Source: a virus
Strand: one strand, 5' to 3'
UHGV virus genome: UHGV-0117651
Length of the DNA: 22,213 nt
This document shows positions 7,778 to 15,181 of the stretch, in pieces. A model generated the notes under the pieces. It saw only the letters and a program-made list of their open reading frames with translations. It did not search any database and had not been told where the DNA came from. Within the stretch, counting starts at the first letter, position 1, and each line of letters starts with the position of its first letter. A program made the position numbers and the translations under genes.

Positions 7778-8830
7778 TTAGCTGTCGGCGAACTTCAGGC
7801 CAGTGATCATCGCGCACTTGCCATAGTCTTCAACGACATAAGCGTCATTGATGGACTGGTAGGTGGCGATGCGGTTGTATTCCGGCTCGTCTTTCATCAG
7901 GCGACGCATTGAACCTTTCTGCCAGTAAATCGACAGGTTGTTGAACGAGGTGATAAGCATCGTTGCATCCGGGAAGAACGGCGCAAGGAACACGCCCAGC
8001 CCGCCAATGGTGCGCGATGACAGGATGAGCTGCCCGGCAAGTAATTCCGCATTGGGATTCTGGCCGCTGATGCTGTTCAGCACGGGCAGACGCAGCGAGT
8101 TAAACAGGTTGCGCCCCATAATCACCGCGAGGTCGTCAGCTTCCTTGTGCCATTCATCCAGCAGGGATGAGCGCGCATCCTGTACCAGAGCATCGGCATT
8201 CGCATACTTACCCGCGTGCGCCACAGTGTTGTCCATGTTGCGGGAGGTCAGCGTCACGTCATTCATTACGCGCTCGCTGGCATCGGTTCTGATGTGCTCC
8301 AGCCAGCCCACGTTAACGTCCTGAAGCAGCTTGTTGGTGTGAAAATCAGACTCGTAGGCGTGGGATGTGCCGTTAAAGCCAATCATGATGCGATCAAGCG
8401 CTACCTGCCGGGCGATCTGTGTACTGATACGGGACTGAAAATCGCTGTGGGCCGCCCAGGTATCAAGCTGTGGGTACGAAATAAAGGTATCGTAGTTCAC
8501 CTGTTCGCACTGGTACTGACGAGACTTCATATCGATCACGTTATTCGGGTTACGGCGTTTGATGCCGTCATAACTGCTATTCGTGCGCGCAATTGGCCCG
8601 GTGGTGTCCAGGAGGATTTTTTCGCCTTTCTGGTCGGTCACGCCGATCACGTTAATTCTTTTCGTAAATTCGGTACTTTCCTTTGAGGCGTTTTCAAAAC
8701 GCTGCTGCACCGCGGGTTCCACGGTAAATCGCGATACCAGTGCAGATACCGGGATATTGTTAAGCGACGCCTGCTGCGCCATATAGCAACCCAGCTTGTT
8801 GCGGGTAATATCTGACATCACCAGATTCAT
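7778..8830 (-). CDS. N: Major capsid protein gpN
   Basis: 350-aa ORF. Several segments (TVEPAVQQ, IMIGFNGTS, VGWLEHIR, VIMGRNLF, MLITSFNNLSIYWQ, YVVEDYG) resemble P2 gpN as I recall it. A hairpin GGCGGGCAT-G-ATGCCCGCC lies between N and M. Confidence 0.85.
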   Translation of the reverse strand: MNLVMSDITRNKLGCYMAQQASLNNIPVSALVSRFTVEPAVQQRFENASKESTEFTKRINVIGVTDQKGEKILLDTTGPIARTNSSYDGIKRRNPNNVIDMKSRQYQCEQVNYDTFISYPQLDTWAAHSDFQSRISTQIARQVALDRIMIGFNGTSHAYESDFHTNKLLQDVNVGWLEHIRTDASERVMNDVTLTSRNMDNTVAHAGKYANADALVQDARSSLLDEWHKEADDLAVIMGRNLFNSLRLPVLNSISGQNPNAELLAGQLILSSRTIGGLGVFLAPFFPDATMLITSFNNLSIYWQKGSMRRLMKDEPEYNRIATYQSINDAYVVEDYGKCAMITGLKFADS

Positions 8831-8853
8831 AAAAAATTTGCTCCTTTGTCTTA

Positions 8854-9690
8854 TCAGAAGTCAGCCAGCTGGTCGGAGGCTGCGCCCGTTGCGGTGAAGC
8901 GGTTCTGCGGATCGCCGTCCTGCGTGCGCAGTTTTTCCTTCAATGCTGCCAGCTCTGTGGTCAGTGACGTGATTTTCTGGCGGTCCTGCTGATGGCGGGT
9001 TTCCAGCACATTAAAACGGTCGATAATGTCGGCCTGTGACGTTGCAACGCCTTCCACCGCTTCCTGAATTCGGGAGAAACTGGCGTCATCCGCTTTGCGT
9101 CCACGACCAATAATCCCCATTACGCGGTTAAACCACTGGGTGCCTTCTTCCTGGCGTTGTTCTGCCATTTCGATGATTTCAGACTCGATGGCTTCGGAGA
9201 TAAGCGGTGCTTCACCCTGGATACTGTTGAACGTCATCACCGCCTGACGTTGCTGTGCCGTGAATTTCAGGCGCTCAGTGCCCAGGCTTGCCGGGGTGTC
9301 GGTCATCGCCAGCCCGACCAGATAGGCGCGCCCGTTAACGGAGAACTGCGGGTGCAGTTCGATACTGGAATAGATTTTCTTGCCGTCAGCGACAAGCTGC
9401 TTCATGCGCTCGGTCGGTTCGATTTCTGCATACAGCGCAGTACGTCCGGCCAGCGGGCCTTCCGTAATATCTTCCGTACTCAGCGCGGTGACATCGCCCA
9501 TTGCGGAAAATTCGCTTGACGGGCATGGCGAGAGATAGTGCTCAACGTTCACGCGGGCAGCGTAAACATCCGGGTTGAAGTTCTCGGCGGCTTCACGCAG
9601 ATGTACCTGGCTGATTTCGCGGCCATCAACAGTTGATCCGGAGACAGCCACGCGAAACTTTTTGCGGGATGTCTTTTTTTCATTAGCCAT
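8854..9690 (-). CDS. O: Capsid scaffolding protein gpO
   Basis: Resembles P2 gpO as recalled (KKFRVAVSGSTVDGREIS, YLVGLAMTDTPASLGTE). The start is chosen at ATG 9690 (MANEKK), which has GAGGGG 9 nt upstream. The ORF track start at 9723 is an in-frame extension. Confidence 0.85.
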   Translation of the reverse strand: MANEKKTSRKKFRVAVSGSTVDGREISQVHLREAAENFNPDVYAARVNVEHYLSPCPSSEFSAMGDVTALSTEDITEGPLAGRTALYAEIEPTERMKQLVADGKKIYSSIELHPQFSVNGRAYLVGLAMTDTPASLGTERLKFTAQQRQAVMTFNSIQGEAPLISEAIESEIIEMAEQRQEEGTQWFNRVMGIIGRGRKADDASFSRIQEAVEGVATSQADIIDRFNVLETRHQQDRQKITSLTTELAALKEKLRTQDGDPQNRFTATGAASDQLADF

Positions 9691-9723
9691 AGTTTTTGCC
9701 CCTCTGACTGGTTCTTCAGTCAT

Positions 9724-9844
9724 GATGGCAAAGCGTAACAGGCTGATACAAAGGGCTTTTGTTGTAAGAAAACGGCCAGAACAGGGGGTTAAGGAGAACG
9801 GTTTCGCGCGCGGGTAATCTTCCTGTAATTACTCAGGGGGAGCA
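9724..9844. promoter_or_regulatory. Divergent late promoter region between gpO (-) and gpP (+)
   Basis: 121-bp intergenic region between divergently transcribed head and terminase genes, equivalent to the P2 late promoters for O and P. It contains TGT...ACA elements (for example TGTAAGAAAACGGCCAGAACA), but the spacing does not clearly match the TGT-N12-ACA activator site recalled for Ogr-type activators. Confidence 0.4.
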
Positions 9845-11596
9845 ATGATTCAGGACGCTTTTGTGCGCCAGCGTGCGCGGCAACTTTACTGGCAGGGTTA
9901 TCCGCCCGCAGAAATATCACGTCTGATGGGAATAAACCCGAACACGATTTATGCGTGGAAAAAACGCGACCAGTGGGATGAAACGCCACCCGTGCAGCGT
10001 GTCACGCAGTCCATCGATGCGCGCCTCATCCAGCTTACTGAAAAACAGAATAAAACAGGCGGTGACTTTAAGGAAATTGACCTGCTGACCCGGCAGCTTA
10101 AAAAAATGCATGATGGCCAGCCGGATGCGACGGCCACAGGAAAGAAAGGCCGGGCGAAAAAACTCAAAAATCATTTCACGCCGGAACAGATTGCCGCACT
10201 GCGGGAAAAAATCATCAGCAGGCTGGAGTGGCATCAGCGGGGCTGGTTTGACTCCCTGACCCTTTGCAGGGAAGCCGGGATACGTAACAGGATGATCCTG
10301 AAATCCCGACAGATTGGCGCGACCTGGTATTTTGCACAGGAAGCACTGCTGATGGCGCTGCGTGACGATGTGGCGCAACCTTACCAGCGTAACCAGATTT
10401 TTTTGTCTGCGTCGCGTCGTCAGGCGTTCCAGTTTAAAAGCATTATTCAGAAGGCTGCGGCTGAAGTTGATGTGGAGCTGAAAGGGGGCGATAAAATCAT
10501 CCTCTCCAACGGCGCAGAGCTGCATTTTCTCGGCACTTCTGCTGCGTCGGCGCAGTCCTATACGGGCAATTTTTATTTTGATGAATTTTTCTGGGTCAGT
10601 CGCTTTGCTGAACTGCGCAAGGTGGCTGGCGCTATGGCAACCCTCAGCGGATTGCGGCGCACCTACTTCTCCACGCCATCCACCGAAACGCACGAAGCAT
10701 ACGCCTACTGGAACGGCGACCGCTGGAACGAGAAAAAGGCCACACATAAACGCCAGCGTTTTTCTGTGGACTGGAAAACACTGCATAACGGGCTTATCTG
10801 CCCTGACCGGACGTGGCGGCAAATTGTCACGCTGGAAGATGTGGTTAATCACGGCTGGAAACACACCGATATCGACGAAATTCGTGATGAAAACACCGAA
10901 GACGAGTTCCTCAATCTCTATATGTGTGAGTTTGTCCGCGAAGGGGAATCGGCATTTAACCTGAATATCCTGATTGGCTGCGGTGTTGACGGATACGACG
11001 ACTGGAAAGACTGGAAACCTTTTGCTCCCCGCCCGATGGGGAATCGTCCGGTATGGATTGGGTATGACGCAAACGGCAGCAGTGGCAACGGCGACAGCGG
11101 CGCTGTGTCCGTGGTGGTTCCTCCGGCTGTTCCTGGTGGCCGTTTTCGAACGGTGGAGACGCGACGCGTTCAGGGGCTGGAGTTTGAAGAACAGGCCAGA
11201 GTCATTGAAGATTTCACGTATCGCTACAACGTGGAACACATCGGCATTGATGTGACGGGCGGGAACGGGGAGGCTGTTTATCAGATAGTGAAACGGTTTT
11301 TCCCTGCCGCTATTCCGTACACCTTCACGCTGTCATCAAAACGGTCGCTTGTACTGAAAATGCTGCAAATAATGCGTGCCGGGCGGTGGGAATACGATCG
11401 CGCCGAACGCGAGCTGGTCGCGGCCTTTAACGCCGTGCGTAAGGTGAAAACACCGGGCGGCTTTATCACTTACGAAACGGACCGCGCGAGGGGGATCAGC
11501 CACGGCGACCTTGCGTGGGCAACCATGCTTGCTGTCATTAACGAACCAATTGGCGGCGAAGGAGAAAACGAGCGTTTCACGGTTATGGAGTTCTGA
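9845..11596 (+). CDS. P: Terminase large (ATPase) subunit gpP
   Basis: 583-aa ORF. Its size and position upstream of the portal gene match the P2 gpP family. Strong GGGGGAG ribosome-binding site. Confidence 0.85.
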   Translation: MIQDAFVRQRARQLYWQGYPPAEISRLMGINPNTIYAWKKRDQWDETPPVQRVTQSIDARLIQLTEKQNKTGGDFKEIDLLTRQLKKMHDGQPDATATGKKGRAKKLKNHFTPEQIAALREKIISRLEWHQRGWFDSLTLCREAGIRNRMILKSRQIGATWYFAQEALLMALRDDVAQPYQRNQIFLSASRRQAFQFKSIIQKAAAEVDVELKGGDKIILSNGAELHFLGTSAASAQSYTGNFYFDEFFWVSRFAELRKVAGAMATLSGLRRTYFSTPSTETHEAYAYWNGDRWNEKKATHKRQRFSVDWKTLHNGLICPDRTWRQIVTLEDVVNHGWKHTDIDEIRDENTEDEFLNLYMCEFVREGESAFNLNILIGCGVDGYDDWKDWKPFAPRPMGNRPVWIGYDANGSSGNGDSGAVSVVVPPAVPGGRFRTVETRRVQGLEFEEQARVIEDFTYRYNVEHIGIDVTGGNGEAVYQIVKRFFPAAIPYTFTLSSKRSLVLKMLQIMRAGRWEYDRAERELVAAFNAVRKVKTPGGFITYETDRARGISHGDLAWATMLAVINEPIGGEGENERFTVMEF

Positions 11597-12642
11597 TGAG
11601 CAGAAAAAATAAAAAAGTGCGCATGAGTTCACGCATTGATCTCGCTGATGCACTCAGGAAAGAATCGTCGCTCAGTGCATTCACTTTTGATGGTCCTTAT
11701 CGCCTGACCGGGCATGATTTGCTGGACAATATGTACTGTGCTGATAACGGGCGGTGGTATGAAACCCCGGTGGACTGGTACGGTCTGGCAAGAGCCGCCC
11801 GGCAAACGTCCTGGCATCAGTCTGCGCTTTACTTTAAGCGCAATGTATTGCTCGGTTGCTACATCCCGCACCCGCTGCTTTCCCGGCAGGATTTCTCGGC
11901 ACTGGCGCTGGACTGGTTTGTGTTCGGTAACGCATTCCTTGAGCTTCGAAGCAATATGCTCGGCGAACCGCTTAAATTACGGCACGCCCTGGCGAAATAC
12001 ATACGACGCGGAAGCGATCTTGAATCATGGTGGTATGTGCAGGATGGCAAGGATGCGTTCCAGTTTCGCCCTGGCAAAGTGTGCCACCTGATGAATCCTG
12101 ACATTAACCAGGAAATCTACGGCATGCCGGAATATCTCGGCGCATTACTCTCGGCCAGCCTGTCTCATTCGGCGGACATGTTCAGAAAACTGTATTACGA
12201 CAACGGATCCCACGCCGGGTGCATCATCTACATCGGTGCAGCGCAGGTAAACCGCGAAAGCATGGACTCTCTGAAAGAAACGCTACAGGGTGCACGTGGT
12301 GGCGGTGCGTTTAAAAACGTGCTCATTCATGCGCCCAACGGGGGCAAAGAGGGGGTGCAAATTTTGCCGTTCCAGCAGATCACCGCAAAGGATGAGTTCA
12401 TGAATGTTAAGGCTGCATCCCGTGATGATGTGCTGGCTGCGCACCGCGTTCCGCCGCAACTAATGGGGGCGATGCCGGGTGAAAAAAGTGCGTTTGGTGA
12501 TGTGGAGAAGGCCGCGCGGGTTTACGCAATTAACGAGCTGATGCCCATCATGGAGGCCATGAAGCACATCAATGACTGGCTTGGCGAAGAGGTGATCCGC
12601 TTTAACCCTTACGCACTGTTAGATACCCAGCTCACATCCTGA
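11596..12642 (+). CDS. Q: Portal (capsid portal vertex) protein gpQ
   Basis: 348-aa ORF whose start overlaps the gpP stop (TGATGA). Size and synteny match P2 gpQ. Confidence 0.85.
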   Translation: MSRKNKKVRMSSRIDLADALRKESSLSAFTFDGPYRLTGHDLLDNMYCADNGRWYETPVDWYGLARAARQTSWHQSALYFKRNVLLGCYIPHPLLSRQDFSALALDWFVFGNAFLELRSNMLGEPLKLRHALAKYIRRGSDLESWWYVQDGKDAFQFRPGKVCHLMNPDINQEIYGMPEYLGALLSASLSHSADMFRKLYYDNGSHAGCIIYIGAAQVNRESMDSLKETLQGARGGGAFKNVLIHAPNGGKEGVQILPFQQITAKDEFMNVKAASRDDVLAAHRVPPQLMGAMPGEKSAFGDVEKAARVYAINELMPIMEAMKHINDWLGEEVIRFNPYALLDTQLTS

Positions 12643-12669
12643 CGCGCTTCGCTTGTCTGCTGCTTCGCC

Positions 12670-12691
12670 GGGGCATAAAAAATTTATGCCC
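12670..12691. repeat. Perfect palindrome GGGGCATAAA-AA-TTTATGCCCC, 28 nt past the gpQ stop (hairpin; possible terminator or part of the cos region)
   Basis: Read directly from the sequence. In P2 the cos site lies about 100 bp beyond the end of Q. Confidence 0.35.
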
Positions 12692-13094
12692 CGACTCTCC
12701 AGCTCCTGTATCAGTCAGATAATTTCACGACGCTTTACAGTATATCGCCACCATCGACGGTCAGACTCTTACGCAATCCCACCGCGTTGACTGCATGTTC
12801 TTCGCCGCCTCAGTGCGATTTTGACGGCCTTACCTTTCACCCCATCAAATCAGAATCCCTCACGTATTTTTCACGCTCAGCGTGAGAAATACAGCCATTC
12901 TGTTGTGTCTCTGCGACATCGTTCAGGGAATGCTATTTACCCCCTGAAACGCGGGCTGTTCCCCCGTCACCTGCGCGTAGAAAAAACGCGTTTTTTGTGC
13001 ACGTACGGATCCTTGACGGATCCAGCCGCCACGCGGGCCGGAAGTACAAAAAGTCGTTCAAAAAAATTGTGCAAACTTGTGCACTATCGTGCAA

Positions 13095-13121
13095 ACAAAA
13101 AAAAGCGCCTTATCGGCGCTT
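13095..13121 (-). terminator. Intrinsic terminator for the small - strand ORF
   Basis: AAGCGCC-TTATC-GGCGCTT stem-loop. On the - strand it is followed by a run of eight T. It lies 9 nt after the stop of ORF 13130-13399. Confidence 0.6.
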
Positions 13122-13129
13122 CAAAAATA

Positions 13130-13399
13130 TCAATTGTTGCTGTGTATTAATCGCCAACCACGAACATATGCTTCATAGGCATCTCTGTGCCTTACAGTTC
13201 CAGCCTGGCTAAACGGAATGTTAGCTAAAACTAAATCATTCTGAGCCATAGCGCGTCCTTCAAGCGCATCTTTTATGCCTAGCTCAAAAGCACAGGCAGC
13301 GCATTTGTGCCGACCTTCTTGTCCTTGATATTCAGGGAGAGACAGAAATGTTGGGTTATAACGATGAGGGTTCTTGCAAATACCTGTTTTAGCCCGCAC
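13130..13399 (-). CDS. Hypothetical small protein (89 aa, GTG start)
   Basis: GAGG lies 8 nt upstream of the GTG at 13399 and a strong terminator lies just after the stop. No recognisable family. Contains Cys at C8, C33 and C36. Confidence 0.4.
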   Translation of the reverse strand: MRAKTGICKNPHRYNPTFLSLPEYQGQEGRHKCAACAFELGIKDALEGRAMAQNDLVLANIPFSQAGTVRHRDAYEAYVRGWRLIHSNN

Positions 13400-13420
13400 T
13401 TTATTTACCTCATAGGAAAA

Positions 13421-13501
13421 ATATGCGTGCCTTTACAGAGGTGCGTGTAAGCAATAAAATATACGACGCACATTTTGATTTACTTCGGAAGGCACGCATA
13501 T
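13421..13501. repeat. 13-bp perfect inverted repeat ATATGCGTGCCTT / AAGGCACGCATAT with a 55-bp spacer
   Basis: Read directly from the sequence. It lies just upstream (in - strand terms) of the ribosome-binding site of the small ORF. The spacer holds a second imperfect dyad, GTGCGTG...ACGACGCAC. Confidence 0.45.
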
Positions 13502-13530
13502 CAGGTTAAGTGAGTCCGACCGAGTTTTAC

Positions 13531-13563
13531 GCCCCAATAGTTGCTGCTATTGGGGCGTTTTGC
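13531..13563 (+). terminator. Intrinsic terminator on the + strand (GCCCCAATAG-TTGCTG-CTATTGGGGC, then GTTTTGC)
   Basis: Perfect 10-bp stem with a 6-nt loop and a T-tract on the + strand only. No + strand coding gene ends here, so it may terminate a small noncoding transcript. Confidence 0.45.
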
Positions 13564-13763
13564 ATGGACAATGCCGCGCAATTATCTTGTCGCTCACAAT
13601 GCGAACGATCTTACAAAAAGGCACATTACTGTCAAGATAATTGATCGTTTTAATCGATAGATAATAGACAATCTATTTGTTTAACAGATCGATTATTGAA
13701 GTAAGTGTGCCAAATGGAATGATACTGTTTCTATAAATGTGAGCATTTTTCGCGCAGATGCTT

Positions 13764-14075
13764 TTACTCAGGAAATAACGCCCGGATATTCCCAGCCATC
13801 TGGCTGGTTATCTTAGCCACTGGTGCAGACTGTGCTTCAAACTTTTTTGAGCTGATTTGTGTCACAGGTAAAATCTCATCATCAGCCCATGCGGTCAGTC
13901 GGTAAGCCTCTGCCGGATTCGTCTTCAGAAGTGCCAGCCCGGCCAGAAAAGCCACGCGTTGGCCGCTTTTGCGGGCTTCTGGTGTAAGGCTGTCCAGCCA
14001 GGCGCATGCTTCTCCTTCGTTCTTGACGGCAGCTGGCTTCAGATAGAAACTTATTCTTCTGGTTGGTGTCGTCAT
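13764..14075 (-). CDS. parR: Plasmid partition adaptor ParR (StbB-like)
   Basis: 103-aa ORF immediately after parM with a 4-nt gap. Its N-terminal region (ISFYLKPA...LDSLTPEARKSGQRVAFLAGLALL) resembles R1 ParR as I recall it. Confidence 0.7.
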   Translation of the reverse strand: MTTPTRRISFYLKPAAVKNEGEACAWLDSLTPEARKSGQRVAFLAGLALLKTNPAEAYRLTAWADDEILPVTQISSKKFEAQSAPVAKITSQMAGNIRALFPE

Positions 14076-14079
14076 TGGT

Positions 14080-15039
14080 TTACTCCTTGTTCATTGCGTA
14101 CAGCCCATTAACCAGAGCAAACTGTGGCACCCCGTCCGCGATGAAAGTCGCATTAACTCCGCAGGCTTCGCGGATAGCGGGTGCCACAATCTCCGCCCCG
14201 CCACCGACAACCATCACCCGCCCGTAACCGGAAAAACCCGCCAGCGCGCGGATCACTCGTTGTTTCAGTGTCTCCTCCTTTTCACGAATAACCGCCATCA
14301 GGCTGTTGTAATGCGCGTCATTGTGAATGTGCTGGCGCAGCCAGGCTTCATCGTGACGGTGCTCAATAATGGTATTGGCGATGTGGTGACTGGTACGCAT
14401 ACCGTTAGTGGCCATCACCGACAGCACGGCATCAGCCATCAGGGAAACGCCTACGTGTGGATCGCAAAACACCTGGCTGATACCTGCCAGCTGCCCCTGA
14501 ACCTTTGCCACATCCAGCGTGGTTCCGCCCAAATCCACAATCAGCAGGGATTCAAACGGACTCATGTCAGCCAGTGCCTTAAAGCCAGCCGGAATGGATT
14601 CAGGCATAACCCGCACGTTACGGATAGTGAATGCTTCGCCGTTCTGGTACTCCACCGGGCGCATAACGTTCGCTTTTTTGCGGTTGATGTTGGCTATGTC
14701 CGGCTGTGCGTTTGTGTCGAAATACTCGCTCAGTGGCAGGGTGACAACCACATCCACCTCCTGTGGCGTGATGCCTGATTTGACCAGCGCGTGATGAATG
14801 GCAATGACATTCACATCACTGTACTGGTATTGCGTGTCGGTCGTCTGGACAAAGCGATCGCTGACCGGATCAAAACCATAGCGCACGCCATCAAGCATGT
14901 AGTTCGCGGGCTGCGTGCCACCGAACGGCGCAGACCATTCCGACTTGAAGCTGTTCGGGCTGATGGCGTTGCGGCGTTCGCCGTTCTCAGTCCATGCCAG
15001 CTTGATGTTGGTGGAGCCGTCGTCAATACAAATTTTCAT
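14080..15039 (-). CDS. parM: Actin-like plasmid segregation ATPase ParM (StbA)
   Basis: MKICIDDGSTNIKLAW, ISPNSFK, YSDVNVIAIHHAL, LLIVDLGGTTLDV, GFSGYGRVMVVGGGAEI and LVNGLYAM closely match the R1 ParM motifs as I recall them. AAGGA ribosome-binding site. Confidence 0.9.
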   Translation of the reverse strand: MKICIDDGSTNIKLAWTENGERRNAISPNSFKSEWSAPFGGTQPANYMLDGVRYGFDPVSDRFVQTTDTQYQYSDVNVIAIHHALVKSGITPQEVDVVVTLPLSEYFDTNAQPDIANINRKKANVMRPVEYQNGEAFTIRNVRVMPESIPAGFKALADMSPFESLLIVDLGGTTLDVAKVQGQLAGISQVFCDPHVGVSLMADAVLSVMATNGMRTSHHIANTIIEHRHDEAWLRQHIHNDAHYNSLMAVIREKEETLKQRVIRALAGFSGYGRVMVVGGGAEIVAPAIREACGVNATFIADGVPQFALVNGLYAMNKE

Positions 15040-15070
15040 GTCGCTTTTCCTTATGTTGATTAATTAATCG

Positions 15071-15181
15071 TTTACGGGATTCTGAAATCCCGTTTTTGCC
15101 TGTTTTGTGCGCGCTTCATATATCGCTGCGCGTTTTTTGCTCATTTACGGGATTCGTGAGTCCCGTTTCTGTCTGTTTTTT
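15071..15181. repeat. Two ~38-bp direct repeats, each with an internal dyad (TTTACGGGATTC-N-TCCCGTTT...CTGTTTT), spaced 73 bp apart: candidate parC-like centromere or operator, or + strand terminators
   Basis: Copy 1 at 15071-15108 and copy 2 at 15144-15181, read directly. A GATTAATTAATC palindrome lies at 15058-15069, next to the parM start. Copy 2 lies inside the last codons of the gpA ORF. Confidence 0.45.

Noticed and set aside
9917-11239. 440-aa ORF on the - strand, antisense to the terminase large subunit gene
   Set aside because: It lies wholly inside the well-supported gpP coding region. Its sequence is low-complexity and Arg/Pro-rich, typical of a spurious antisense frame in GC-rich coding DNA, and it has no ribosome-binding site or recognisable motif.
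12821-13212. + strand ORFs of 109 and 71 aa in the accessory region
   Set aside because: They are basic and low-complexity, lack ribosome-binding sites, and span the - strand terminator. They are probably noncoding.
14260-15063. + strand ORFs of 172, 91 and 90 aa overlapping parM
   Set aside because: They are antisense to a gene with very strong ParM motif support and have no independent signals.
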